From Eledone cirrhosa (lineage: Eukaryota), in NCBI GenBank assembly GCA_964016885.1, contig OZ024743.1:24800001-24864000 (forward strand): 64,000 bases of DNA. Reading direction: 5' to 3'. Position numbers and translations under genes: made by a program. This document shows positions 50,801 through 62,800 of this stretch, in pieces. How positions within the stretch are numbered: position 1 is the first letter of the stretch; each line of letters opens with the position of its first letter. The notes under the pieces were generated by a model. The model did no database searches. It worked only from the letters and a program-made list of their open reading frames with translations, and was not told the origin of the DNA.

Positions 50801-53800
50801 GTTAACTGTGCTGACAGTTGGTTCTGTCCCTCCTCAGTCATCCCAACCTTGTTTGCTGTAGTTAACAGTGCTGACAATTGGTTCTGTCCCTCCTCAGTCA
50901 TCCCAACCTTGTTTGCTGTAGTTAACTGTGCTGACAGTTGGTTCTGTCCCTCCTCAGTCATCTCAACCTTGTTTGCTGTAGTTAACTGTGCTGACAGTTG
51001 GTTCTGTCCCTCCTCAGTCATCCCAACCTTGTTTGCTGTAGTTAACAGTGCTGACAGTTGGTTCTGTCCCTCCTCAGTCATCCCAACCTTGTTTGCTGTA
51101 GTTAACTGTGCTGACAGTTGGTTCTGTCCCTCCTCAGTCATCTCAACCTTGTTTGCTGTAGTTAACTGTGCTGACAGTTGGTTCTGTCCCTCCTCAGTCA
51201 TCCCAACCTTGTTTGCTGTAGTTAACAGTGCTGACAGTTGGTTCTGTCCCTCCTCAGTCATCCCAACCTTGTTTGCTGTAGTTAACTGTGCTGACAGTTG
51301 GTTCTGTCCCTCCTCAGTCATCCCAACCTTGTTTGCTGTAGTTAACTGGGCTGACAGTTGGTTCTGTCCTTCCTCAGTCATCTCAACCTTGTTTGCTGTA
51401 GTTAACTGTGCTGACAGTTGGTTCTGTCCCTCCTCAGTCATCTCAACCTTGTTTGCTGTAGTTAACTGTGCTGACAGTTGGTTCTGTCCCTCCTCAGTCA
51501 TCCCAACCTTGTTTGCTGTAGTTAACAGTGCTGACAGTTGGTTCTGTCCCTCCTCAGTCATACCAACCTTGTTTGCTGTAGTTAACAGTGCTGACAGTTG
51601 GTTCTGTCCCTCCTCAGTCATCTCAACCTTGTTTGCTGTAGTTAACTGTGCTGACAGTTGGTTCTGTCCCTCCTCAGTCATCCCAACCTTGTTTGCTGTA
51701 GTTAACAGTGCTGACAGTTGGTTCTGTCCCTCCTCAGTCATCCCAACCTTGTTTGCTGTAGTTAACTGTGCTGACAGTTGGTTCTGTCCCTCCTCAGTCA
51801 TCTCAATCTTGTTTGCTGTAGTTAACAGTGCTGACAGTTGGTTCTGTCCCTCCTCAGTCATCCCAACCTTGTTTGCTGTAGTTAGCTGTGCTGACAGTTG
51901 GTTCTGTCACTCCTCAGTCATCTCAACCTCCTTTGCTGTAGTTAACTGTGCTGACAGTTGGTTCTGTCCCTCCTCAGTCATCTCAACCTTGTTTGCTGTA
52001 GTTAACTGTGCTGACAGTTGGTTCTGTCCCTCCTCAGTCATCCCAACCTTGTTTGCTGTAGTTAAATGTGCTGACAGTTGGTTCTGTCCCTCCTCAGTCA
52101 TCTCAACCTTGTTTGCTGTAGTTAACAGTGCTGACAGTTGGTTCTGTCCCTCCTCAGTCATCTCAACCTCCTTTGCTGTAGTTAACTGTGTTGACAGTTG
52201 GTTCTGTCCCTCCTCAGTCATCCCAACCTTGTTTGCTGTAGTTAACAGTGCTGACAGTTGGTTCTGTCCCTCCTCAGTCATCCCAACCTTGTTTGCTGTA
52301 GTTAACTGTGCTGACAGTTGGTTCTGTCCCTCCTCAGTCATCTCAACCTTGTTTGCTGTAGTTAACTGTGCTGACAGTTGGTTCTGTCCCTCCTCAGTCA
52401 TCCCAACCTTGTTTGCTGTAGTTAACAGTGCTGACAGTTGGTTCTGTCCCTCCTCAGTCATCCCAACCTTGTTTGCTGTAGTTAACTGTGCTGACAGTTG
52501 GTTCTGTCCCTCCTCAGTCATCTCAACCTTGTTTGCTGTAGTTAACTGTGCTGACAGTTGGTTCTGTCCCTCCTCAGTCATCCCAACCTTGTTTGCTGTA
52601 GTCAACAGTGCTGACAGTTGGTTCTGTCCCTCCTCAGTCATCCCAACCTTGTTTGCTGTAGTTAACTGTGCTGACAGTTGGTTCTGTCCCTCCTTAGTCA
52701 TCCCAACCTTGTTTGCTGTAGTTAACAGTGCTGACAGTTGGTTCTGTCCCTCCTCAGTCATCTCAACCTTGTTTGCTGTAGTTAACTGTGCTGACAGTTG
52801 GTTCTGTCCCTCCTCAGTCATCCCAACCTTGTTTGCTGTAGTTAACAGTGCTGACAGTTGGTTCTGTCCCTCCTCAGTCATCCCAACCTTGTTTGCTGTA
52901 GTTAGCTGTGCTGACAGTTGGTTCTGTCACTCCTCAGTCATCTCAACCTCCTTTGCTGTAGTTAACTGTGCTGACAGTTGGTTCTGTCCCTCCTCAGTCA
53001 TCTCAACCTTGTTTGCTGTAGTTAACTGTGCTGACAGTTGGTTCTGTCCCTCCTCAGTCATCCCAACCTTGTTTGCTGTAGTTAAATGTGCTGACAGTTG
53101 GTTCTGTCCCTCCTCAGTCATCTCAACCTTGTTTGCTGTAGTTAACTCTGCTGACAGTTGTTTCTGTCCCTCCTCAGTCATCCCAACCTTGTTTGCTGTA
53201 GTTAACAGTGCTGACAGTTGGTTCTGTCCCTCCTCAGTCATCCCAACCTTGTTTGCTGTAGTTAACTGTGCTGACAGTTGGTTCTGTCCCTCCTTAGTCA
53301 TCTCAACCTTGTTTGCTGTAGTTAACTGTGCTGACAGTTGGTTCTGTCCCTCCTCAGTCATCCCAACCTTGTTTGCTGTAGTTAACAGTGCTGACAGTTG
53401 GTTCTGTCCCTCCTCAGTCATCCCAACCTTGTTTGCTGTAGTTAACTGTGCTGACAGTTGGTTCTGTCCCTCCTCAGTCATCTCAACCTTGTTTGCTGTA
53501 GTTAACTGTGCTGACAGTTGGTTCTGTCCCTCCTCAGTCATCCCAACCTTGTTTGCTGTAGTTAACTGTGCTGACAGTTGGTTCTGTCCCTCCTCAGTCA
53601 TCCCAACCTTGTTTGCTGTAGTTAACTGTGCTGACAGTTGGTTCTGTCCCTCCTCAGTCATCTCAACCTTGTTTGCTGTAGTTAACTGTGCTGACAGTTG
53701 GTTCTGTCCCTCCTCAGTCATCCCAACCTTGTTTGCTGTAGTTAAATGTGCTGACAGTTGGTTCTGTCCCTCCTCAGTCATCTCAACCTTGTTTGCTGTA

Positions 53801-56800
53801 GTTAACAGTGCTGACAGTTGGTTCTGTCCCTCCTCAATCATCTCAACCTCCTTTGCTGTAGTTAACTGTGCTGACAGTTGGTTCTGTCCCTCCTCAGTCA
53901 TCCCAACCTTGTTTGCTGTAGTTAACAGTGCTGACAGTTGGTTCTGTCCCTCCTCAGTCATCCCAACCTTGTTTGCTGTAGTTAACTGTGCTGACAGTTG
54001 GTTCTGTCCCTCCTCAGTCATCTCAACCTTGTTTGCTGTAGTTAACTGTGCTGACAGTTGGTTCTGTCCCTCCTCAGTCATCCCAACCTTGTTTGCTGTA
54101 GTTAACAGTGCTGACAGTTGGTTCTGTCCCTCCTCAGTCATCCCAACCTTGTTTGCTGTAGTTAACTGTGCTGACAGTTGGTTCTGTCCCTCCTCAGTCA
54201 TCTCAACCTTGTTTGCTGTAGTTAACTGTGCTGACAGTTGGTTCTGTCCCTCCTCAGTCATCCCAACCTTGTTTGCTGTAGTTAACAGTGCTGACAGTTG
54301 GTTCTGTCCCTCCTCAGTCATCCCAACCTTGTTTGCTGTAGTTAGCTGTGCTGACAGTTGGTTCTGTCCCTCCTCAGTCATCCCAACCTTGTTTGCTGTA
54401 GTTAACTGGGCTGACAGTTGGTTCTGTCCTTCCTCAGTCATCTCAACCTTGTTTGCTGTAGTTAACTGTGCTGACAGTTGGTTCTGTCCCTCCTCAGTCA
54501 TCTCAACCTTGTTTGCTGTAGTTAACTGTGCTGACAGTTGGTTCTGTCCCTCCTCAGTCATCCCAACCTTGTTTGCTGTAGTTAACAGTGCTGACAGTTG
54601 GTTCTGTCCCTCCTCAGTCATACCAACCTTGTTTGCTGTAGTTAACAGTGCTGACAGTTGGTTCTGTCCCTCCTCAGTCATCTCAACCTTGTTTGCTGTA
54701 GTTAACTGTGCTGACAGTTGGTTCTGTCCCTCCTCAGTCATCCCAACCTTGTTTGCTGTAGTTAACAGTGCTGACAGTTGGTTCTGTCCCTCCTCAGTCA
54801 TCCCAACCTTGTTTGCTGTAGTTAACTGTGCTGACAGTTGGTTCTGTCCCTCCTCAGTCATCCCAACCTTGTTTGCTGTAGTTAACAGTGCTGACAGTTG
54901 GTTCTGTCCCTCCTCAGTCATCCCAACCTTGTTTGCTGTAGTTAACTGTGCTGACAGTTGGTTCTGTCCCTCCTCAGTCATCCCAACCTTGTTTGCTGTA
55001 GTTAACTGTGCTGACAGTTGGTTCTGTCCCTCCTCAGTCATCCCAACCTTGTTTGCTGTAGTTAACTGTGCTGACAGTTGGTTCTGTCCCTCCTCAGTCA
55101 TCCCAACCTTGTTTGCTGTAGTTAACTGTGCTGACAGTTGGTTCTGTCCCTCCTCAGTCATCCCAACCTTGTTTGCTGTAGTTAACTGTGCTGACAGTTG
55201 GTTCTGTCCCTCCTCAGTCATCTCAACCTTGTTTGCTGTAGTTAACTGTGCTGACAGTTGGTTCTGTCCCTCCTCAGTCATCCCAACCTTGTTTGCTGTA
55301 GTTAACTGTGCTGACAGTTGGTTCTGTCCCTCCTCAGTCATCCCAACCTTGTTTGCTGTAGTTAACAGTGCTGACAGTTGGTTCTGTCCCTCCTCAGTCA
55401 TCCCAACCTTGTTTGCTGTAGTTAACTGTGCTGACAGTTGGTTCTGTCCCTCCTCAGTCATCCCAACCTTGTTTGCTGTAGTTAACTGTGCTGACAGTTG
55501 GTTCTGTCCCTCCTCAGTCATCCCAACCTTGTTTGCTGTAGTTAACTGTGCTGACAGTTGGTTCTGTCCCTCCTCAGTCATCTCAACCTTGTTTGCTGTA
55601 GTTAACTGTGCTGACAGTTGGTTCTGTCCCTCCTCAGTCATCCCAACCTTGTTTGCTGTAGTTAACTGTGCTGACAGTTGGTTCTGTCCCTCCTCAGTCA
55701 TCCCAACCTTGTTTGCTGTAGTTAACAGTGCTGACAGTTGGTTCTGTCCCTCCTCAGTCATCCCAACCTTGTTTGCTGTAGTTAACTGTGCTGACAGTTG
55801 GTTCTGTCCCTCCTCAGTCATCCCAACCTTGTTTGCTGTAGTTAACTGTGCTGACAGTTGGTTCTGTCCCTCCTCAGTCATCCCAACCTTGTTTGCTGTA
55901 GTTAACTGTGCTGACAGTTGGTTCTGTCCCTCCTCAGTCATCCCAACCTTGTTTGCTGTAGTTAACTGTGCTGACAGTTGGTTCTGTCCCTCCTCAGTCA
56001 TCCCAACCTTGTTTGCTGTAGTTAACTGTGCTGACAGTTGGTTCTGTCCCTCCTCAGTCATCTCAACCTTGTTTGCTGTAGTTAACTGTGCTGACAGTTG
56101 GTTCTGTCCCTCCTCAGTCATCCCAACCTTGTTTGCTGTAGTTAACAGTGCTGACAGTTGGTTCTGTCCCTCCTCAGTCATCCCAACCTTGTTTGCTGTA
56201 GTTAGCTGTGCTGACAGTTGGTTCTGTCACTCCTCAGTCATCTCAACCTCCTTTGCTGTAGTTAACTCTGCTGACAGTTGGTTCTGTCCCTCCTCAGTCA
56301 TCTCAACCTTGTTTGCTGTAGTTAACTGTGCTGACAGTTGGTTCTGTCCCTCCTCAGTCATCTCAACCTTGTTTGCTGTAGTTAACTGTGCTGACAGTTG
56401 GTTCTGTCCCTCCTCAGTCATCCCAACCTTGTTTGCTGTAGTTAACAGTGCTGACAGTTGGTTCTGTCCCTCCTCAGTCATCCCAACCTTGTTTGCTGTA
56501 GTTAACAGTGCTGACAGTTGGTTCTGTCCCTCCTCAGTCATCCCAACCTTGTTTGCTGTAGTTAACAGTGCTGACAGTTGGTTCTGTCCCTCCTCAGTCA
56601 TCCCAACCTTGTTTGCTGTAGTTAACAGTGCTGACAGTTGGTTCTGTCCCTCCTCAGTCATCCCAACCTTGTTTGCTGTAGTTAACTGTGCTGACAGTTG
56701 GTTCTGTCCCTCCTCAGTCATCCCAACCTTGTTTGCTGTAGTTAACAGTGCTGACAGTTGGTTCTGTCCCTCCTCAGTCATCCCAACCTTGTTTGCTGTA

Positions 56801-59800
56801 GTTAACTGTGCTGACAGTTGGTTCTGTCCCTCCTCAGTCATCCCAACCTTGTTTGCTGTAGTTAACTGTGCTGACAGTTGGTTCTGTCCCTCCTCAGTCA
56901 TCCCAACCTTGTTTGCTGTAGTTAACTGTGCTGACAGTTGGTTCTGTCCCTCCTCAGTCATCCCAACCTTGTTTGCTGTAGTTAACTGTGCTGACAGTTG
57001 GTTCTGTCCCTCCTCAGTCATCCCAACCTTGTTTGCTGTAGTTAACTGTGCTGACAGTTGGTTCTGTCCCTCCTCAGTCATCTCAACCTTGTTTGCTGTA
57101 GTTAACTGTGCTGACAGTTGGTTCTGTCCCTCCTCAGTCATCCCAACCTTGTTTGCTGTAGTTAACAGTGCTGACAGTTGGTTCTGTCCCTCCTCAGTCA
57201 TCCCAACCTTGTTTGCTGTAGTTAGCTGTGCTGACAGTTGGTTCTGTCACTCCTCAGTCATCTCAACCTCCTTTGCTGTAGTTAACTCTGCTGACAGTTG
57301 GTTCTGTCCCTCCTCAGTCATCTCAACCTTGTTTGCTGTAGTTAACTGTGCTGACAGTTGGTTCTGTCCCTCCTCAGTCATCTCAACCTTGTTTGCTGTA
57401 GTTAACTGTGCTGACAGTTGGTTCTGTCCCTCCTCAGTCATCCCAACCTTGTTTGCTGTAGTTAACAGTGCTGACAGTTGGTTCTGTCCCTCCTCAGTCA
57501 TCCCAACCTTGTTTGCTGTAGTTAACAGTGCTGACAGTTGGTTCTGTCCCTCCTCAGTCATCCCAACCTTGTTTGCTGTAGTTAACAGTGCTGACAGTTG
57601 GTTCTGTCCCTCCTCAGTCATCCCAACCTTGTTTGCTGTAGTTAACAGTGCTGACAGTTGGTTCTGTCCCTCCTCAGTCATCCCAACCTTGTTTGCTGTA
57701 GTTAGCTGTGCTGACAGTTGGTTCTGTCACTCCTCAGTCATCTCAACCTCCTTTGCTGTAGTTAACTCTGCTGACAGTTGGTTCTGTCCCTCCTCAGTCA
57801 TCCCAACCTTGTTTGCTGTAGTTAACAGTGCTGACAGTTGGTTCTGTCCCTCCTCAGTCATCTCAACCTTGTTTGCTGTAGTTAACTGTGCTGACAGTTG
57901 GTTCTGTCCCTCCTCAGTCATCTCAACCTTGTTTGCTGTAGTTAACTGTGCTGACAGTTGGTTCTGTCCCTCCTCAGTCATCCCAACCTTGTTTGCTGTA
58001 GTTAAATGTGCTGACAGTTGGTTCTGTCCCTCCTCAGTCATCTCAACCTTGTTTGCTGTAGTTAACAGTGCTGACAGTTGGTTCTGTCCCTCCTCAATCA
58101 TCTCAACCTCCTTTGCTGTAGTTAACTGTGCTGACAGTTGGTTCTGTCCCTCCTCAGTCATCCCAACCTTGTTTGCTGTAGTTAACAGTGCTGACAGTTG
58201 GTTCTGTCCCTCCTCAGTCATCCCAACCTTGTTTGCTGTAGTTAACTGTGCTGACAGTTGGTTCTGTCCCTCCTCAGTCATCTCAACCTTGTTTGCTGTA
58301 GTTAACTGTGCTGACAGTTGGTTCTGTCCCTCCTCAGTCATCCCAACCTTGTTTGCTGTAGTTAACAGTGCTGACAGTTGGTTCTGTCCCTCCTCAGTCA
58401 TCCCAACCTTGTTTGCTGTAGTTAACTGTGCTGACAGTTGGTTCTGTCCCTCCTCAGTCATCCCAACCTTGTTTGCTGTAGTTAACAGTGCTGACAGTTG
58501 GTTCTGTCCCTCCTCAGTCATCCCAACCTTGTTTGCTGTAGTTAACTGTGCTGACAGTTGGTTCTGTCCCTCCTCAGTCATCTCAACCTTGTTTGCTGTA
58601 GTTAACTGTGCTGACAGTTGGTTCTGTCCCTCCTCAGTCATCCCAACCTTGTTTGCTGTAGTTAACAGTGCTGACAGTTGGTTCTGTCCCTCCTCAGTCA
58701 TCCCAACCTTGTTTGCTGTAGTTAACTGTGCTGACAGTTGGTTCTGTCCCTCCTCAGTCATCTCAACCTTGTTTGCTGTAGTTAACTGTGCTGACAGTTG
58801 GTTCTGTCCCTCCTCAGTCATCCCAACCTTGTTTGCTGTAGTTAACAGTGCTGACAGTTGGTTCTGTCCCTCCTCAGTCATCCCAACCTTGTTTGCTGTA
58901 GTTAGCTGTGCTGACAGTTGGTTCTGTCCCTCCTCAGTCATCCCAACCTTGTTTGCTGTAGTTAACTGGGCTGACAGTTGGTTCTGTCCTTCCTCAGTCA
59001 TCTCAACCTTGTTTGCTGTAGTTAACTGTGCTGACAGTTGGTTCTGTCCCTCCTCAGTCATCTCAACCTTGTTTGCTGTAGTTAACTGTGCTGACAGTTG
59101 GTTCTGTCCCTCCTCAGTCATCCCAACCTTGTTTGCTGTAGTTAACAGTGCTGACAGTTGGTTCTGTCCCTCCTCAGTCATACCAACCTTGTTTGCTGTA
59201 GTTAACAGTGCTGACAGTTGGTTCTGTCCCTCCTCAGTCATCTCAACCTTGTTTGCTGTAGTTAACTGTGCTGACAGTTGGTTCTGTCCCTCCTCAGTCA
59301 TCCCAACCTTGTTTGCTATAGTTAACAGTGCTGACAGTTGGTTCTGTCCCTCCTCAGTCATCCCAACCTTGTTTGCTGTAGTTAACTGTGCTGACATTTG
59401 GTTCTGTCCCTCCTCAGTCATCTCAACCTTGTTTGCTGTAGTTAACTGTGCTGACAGTTGGTTCTGTCCCTCCTCAGTCATCCCAACCTTGTTTGCTGTA
59501 GTTAACAGTGCTGACAGTTGGTTCTGTCCCTCCTCAGTCATACCAACCTTGTTTGCTGTAGTTAACAGTGCTGACAGTTGGTTCTGTCCCTCCTCAGTCA
59601 TCTCAACCTTGTTTGCTGTAGTTAACTGTGCTGACAGTTGGTTCTGTCCCTCCTCAGTCATCCCAACCTTGTTTGCTGTAGTTAACAGTGCTGACAGTTG
59701 GTTCTGTCCCTCCTCAGTCATCCCAACCTTGTTTGCTGTAGTTAACTGTGCTGACAGTTGGTTCTGTCCCTCCTCAGTCATCTCAATCTTGTTTGCTGTA

Positions 59801-62800
59801 GTTAACAGTGCTGACAGTTGGTTCTGTCCCTCCTCAGTCATCCCAACCTTGTTTGCTGTAGTTAGCTGTGCTGACAGTTGGTTCTGTCACTCCTCAGTCA
59901 TCTCAACCTCCTTTGCTGTAGTTAACTGTGCTGACAGTTGGTTCTGTCCCTCCTCAGTCATCTCAACCTTGTTTGCTGTAGTTAACTGTGCTGACAGTTG
60001 GTTCTGTCCCTCCTCAGTCATCCCAACCTTGTTTGCTGTAGTTAAATGTGCTGACAGTTGGTTCTGTCCCTCCTCAGTCATCTCAACCTTGTTTGCTGTA
60101 GTTAACAGTGCTGACAGTTGGTTCTGTCCCTCCTCAGTCATCTCAACCTCCTTTGCTGTAGTTAACTGTGCTGACAGTTGGTTCTGTCCCTCCTCAGTCA
60201 TCCCAACCTTGTTTGCTGTAGTTAACAGTGCTGACAGTTGGTTCTGTCCCTCCTCAGTCATCCCAACCTTGTTTGCTGTAGTTAACTGTGCTGACAGTTG
60301 GTTCTGTCCCTCCTCAGTCATCTCAACCTTGTTTGCTGTAGTTAACTGTGCTGACAGTTGGTTCTGTCCCTCCTCAGTCATCTCAACCTTGTTTGCTGTA
60401 GTTAACTGTGCTGACAGTTGGTTCTGTCCCTCCTCAGTCATCCCAACCTTGTTTGCTGTAGTTAACAGTGCTGACAGTTGGTTCTGTCCCTCCTCAGTCA
60501 TCCCAACCTTGTTTGCTGTAGTTAACTGTGCTGACAGTTGGTTCTGTCCCTCCTTAGTCATCCCAACCTTGTTTGCTGTAGTTAACAGTGCTGACAGTTG
60601 GTTCTGTCCCTCCTCAGTCATCTCAACCTTGTTTGCTGTAGTTAACTGTGCTGACAGTTGGTTCTGTCCCTCCTCAGTCATCCCAACCTTGTTTGCTGTA
60701 GTTAACAGTGCTGACAGTTGGTTCTGTCCCTCCTCAGTCATCCCAACCTTGTTTGCTGTAGTTAGCTGTGCTGACAGTTGGTTCTGTCACTCCTCAGTCA
60801 TCTCAACCTCCTTTGCTGTAGTTAACTGTGCTGACAGTTGGTTCTGTCCCTCCTCAGTCATCTCAACCTTGTTTGCTGTAGTTAACTGTGCTGACAGTTG
60901 GTTCTGTCCCTCCTCAGTCATCCCAACCTTGTTTGCTGTAGTTAAATGTGCTGACAGTTGGTTCTGTCCCTCCTCAGTCATCTCAACCTTGTTTGCTGTA
61001 GTTAACTCTGCTGACAGTTGTTTCTGTCCCTCCTCAGTCATCCCAACCTTGTTTGCTGTAGTTAACAGTGCTGACAGTTGGTTCTGTCCCTCCTCAGTCA
61101 TCCCAACCTTGTTTGCTGTAGTTAACTGTGCTGACAGTTGGTTCTGTCCCTCCTCAGTCATCTCAACCTTGTTTGCTGTAGTTAACTGTGCTGACAGTTG
61201 GTTCTGTCCCTCCTCAGTCATCCCAACCTTGTTTGCTGTAGTTAACAGTGCTGACAGTTGGTTCTGTCCCTCCTCAGTCATCCCAACCTTGTTTGCTGTA
61301 GTTAACTGTGCTGACAGTTGGTTCTGTCCCTCCTCAGTCATCTCAACCTTGTTTGCTGTAGTTAACTGTGCTGACAGTTGGTTCTGTCCCTCCTCAGTCA
61401 TCCCAACCTTGTTTGCTGTAGTTAACAGTGCTGACAGTTGGTTCTGTCCCTCCTCAGTCATCCCAACCTTGTTTGCTGTAGTTAGCTGTGCTGACAGTTG
61501 GTTCTGTCACTCCTCAGTCATCTCAACCTCCTTTGCTGTAGTTAACTCTGCTGACAGTTGGTTCTGTCCCTCCTCAGTCATCTCAACCTTGTTTGCTGTA
61601 GTTAACTGTGCTGACAGTTGGTTCTGTCCCTCCTCAGTCATCCCAACCTTGTTTGCTGTAGTTAACTGTGCTGACAGTTGGTTCTGTCCCTCCTCAGTCA
61701 TCTCAACCTTGTTTGCTGTAGTTAACTGTGCTGACAGTTGGTTCTGTCCCTCCTCAGTCATCCCAACCTTGTTTGCTGTAGTTAACAGTGCTGACAGTTG
61801 GTTCTGTCCCTCCTCAGTCATCCCAACCTTGTTTGCTGTAGTTAACTGTGCTGACAGTTGGTTCTGTCCCTCCTCAGTCATCTCAACCTTGTTTGCTGTA
61901 GTTAACTGTGCTGACAGTTGGTTCTGTCCCTCCTCAGTCATCCCAACCTTGTTTGCTGTAGTTAACAGTGCTGACAGTTGGTTCTGTCCCTCCTCAGTCA
62001 TCCCAACCTTGTTTGCTGTAGTTAGCTGTGCTGACAGTTGGTTCTGTCCCTCCTCAGTCATACCAACCTTGTTTGCTGTAGTTAACTGGGCTGACAGTTG
62101 GTTCTGTCCTTCCTCAGTCATCTCAACCTTGTTTGCTGTAGTTAACTGTGCTGACAGTTGGTTCTGTCCCTCCTCAGTCATCTCAACCTTGTTTGCTGTA
62201 GTTAACTCTGCTGACAGTTGGTTCTGTCCCTCCTCAGTCATCCCAACCTTGTTTGCTGTAGTTAACAGTGCTGACAGTTGGTTCTGTCCCTCCTCAGTCA
62301 TACCAACCTTGTTTGCTGTAGTTAACAGTGCTGACAGTTGGTTCTGTCCCTCCTCAGTCATCTCAACCTTGTTTGCTGTAGTTAACTGTGCTGACAGTTG
62401 GTTCTGTCCCTCCTCAGTCATCCCAACCTTGTTTGCTATAGTTAACAGTGCTGACAGTTGGTTCTGTCCCTCCTCAGTCATCCCAACCTTGTTTGCTGTA
62501 GTTAACTGTGCTGACAGTTGGTTCTGTCCCTCCTCAGTCATCTCAATCTTGTTTGCTGTAGTTAACAGTGCTGACAGTTGGTTCTGTCCCTCCTCAGTCA
62601 TCCCAACCTTGTTTGCTGTAGTTAACTGTGCTGACAGTTGGTTCTGTCCCTCCTCGGTCATCCCAACCTTGTTTGCTGTAGTTAACAGTGCTGACAGTTG
62701 GTTCTGTCCCTCCTCAGTCATCTCAACCTTGTTTGCTGTAGTTAACTGTGCTGACAGTTGGTTCTGTCCCTCCTCAGTCATCCCAACCTTGTTTGCTGTA

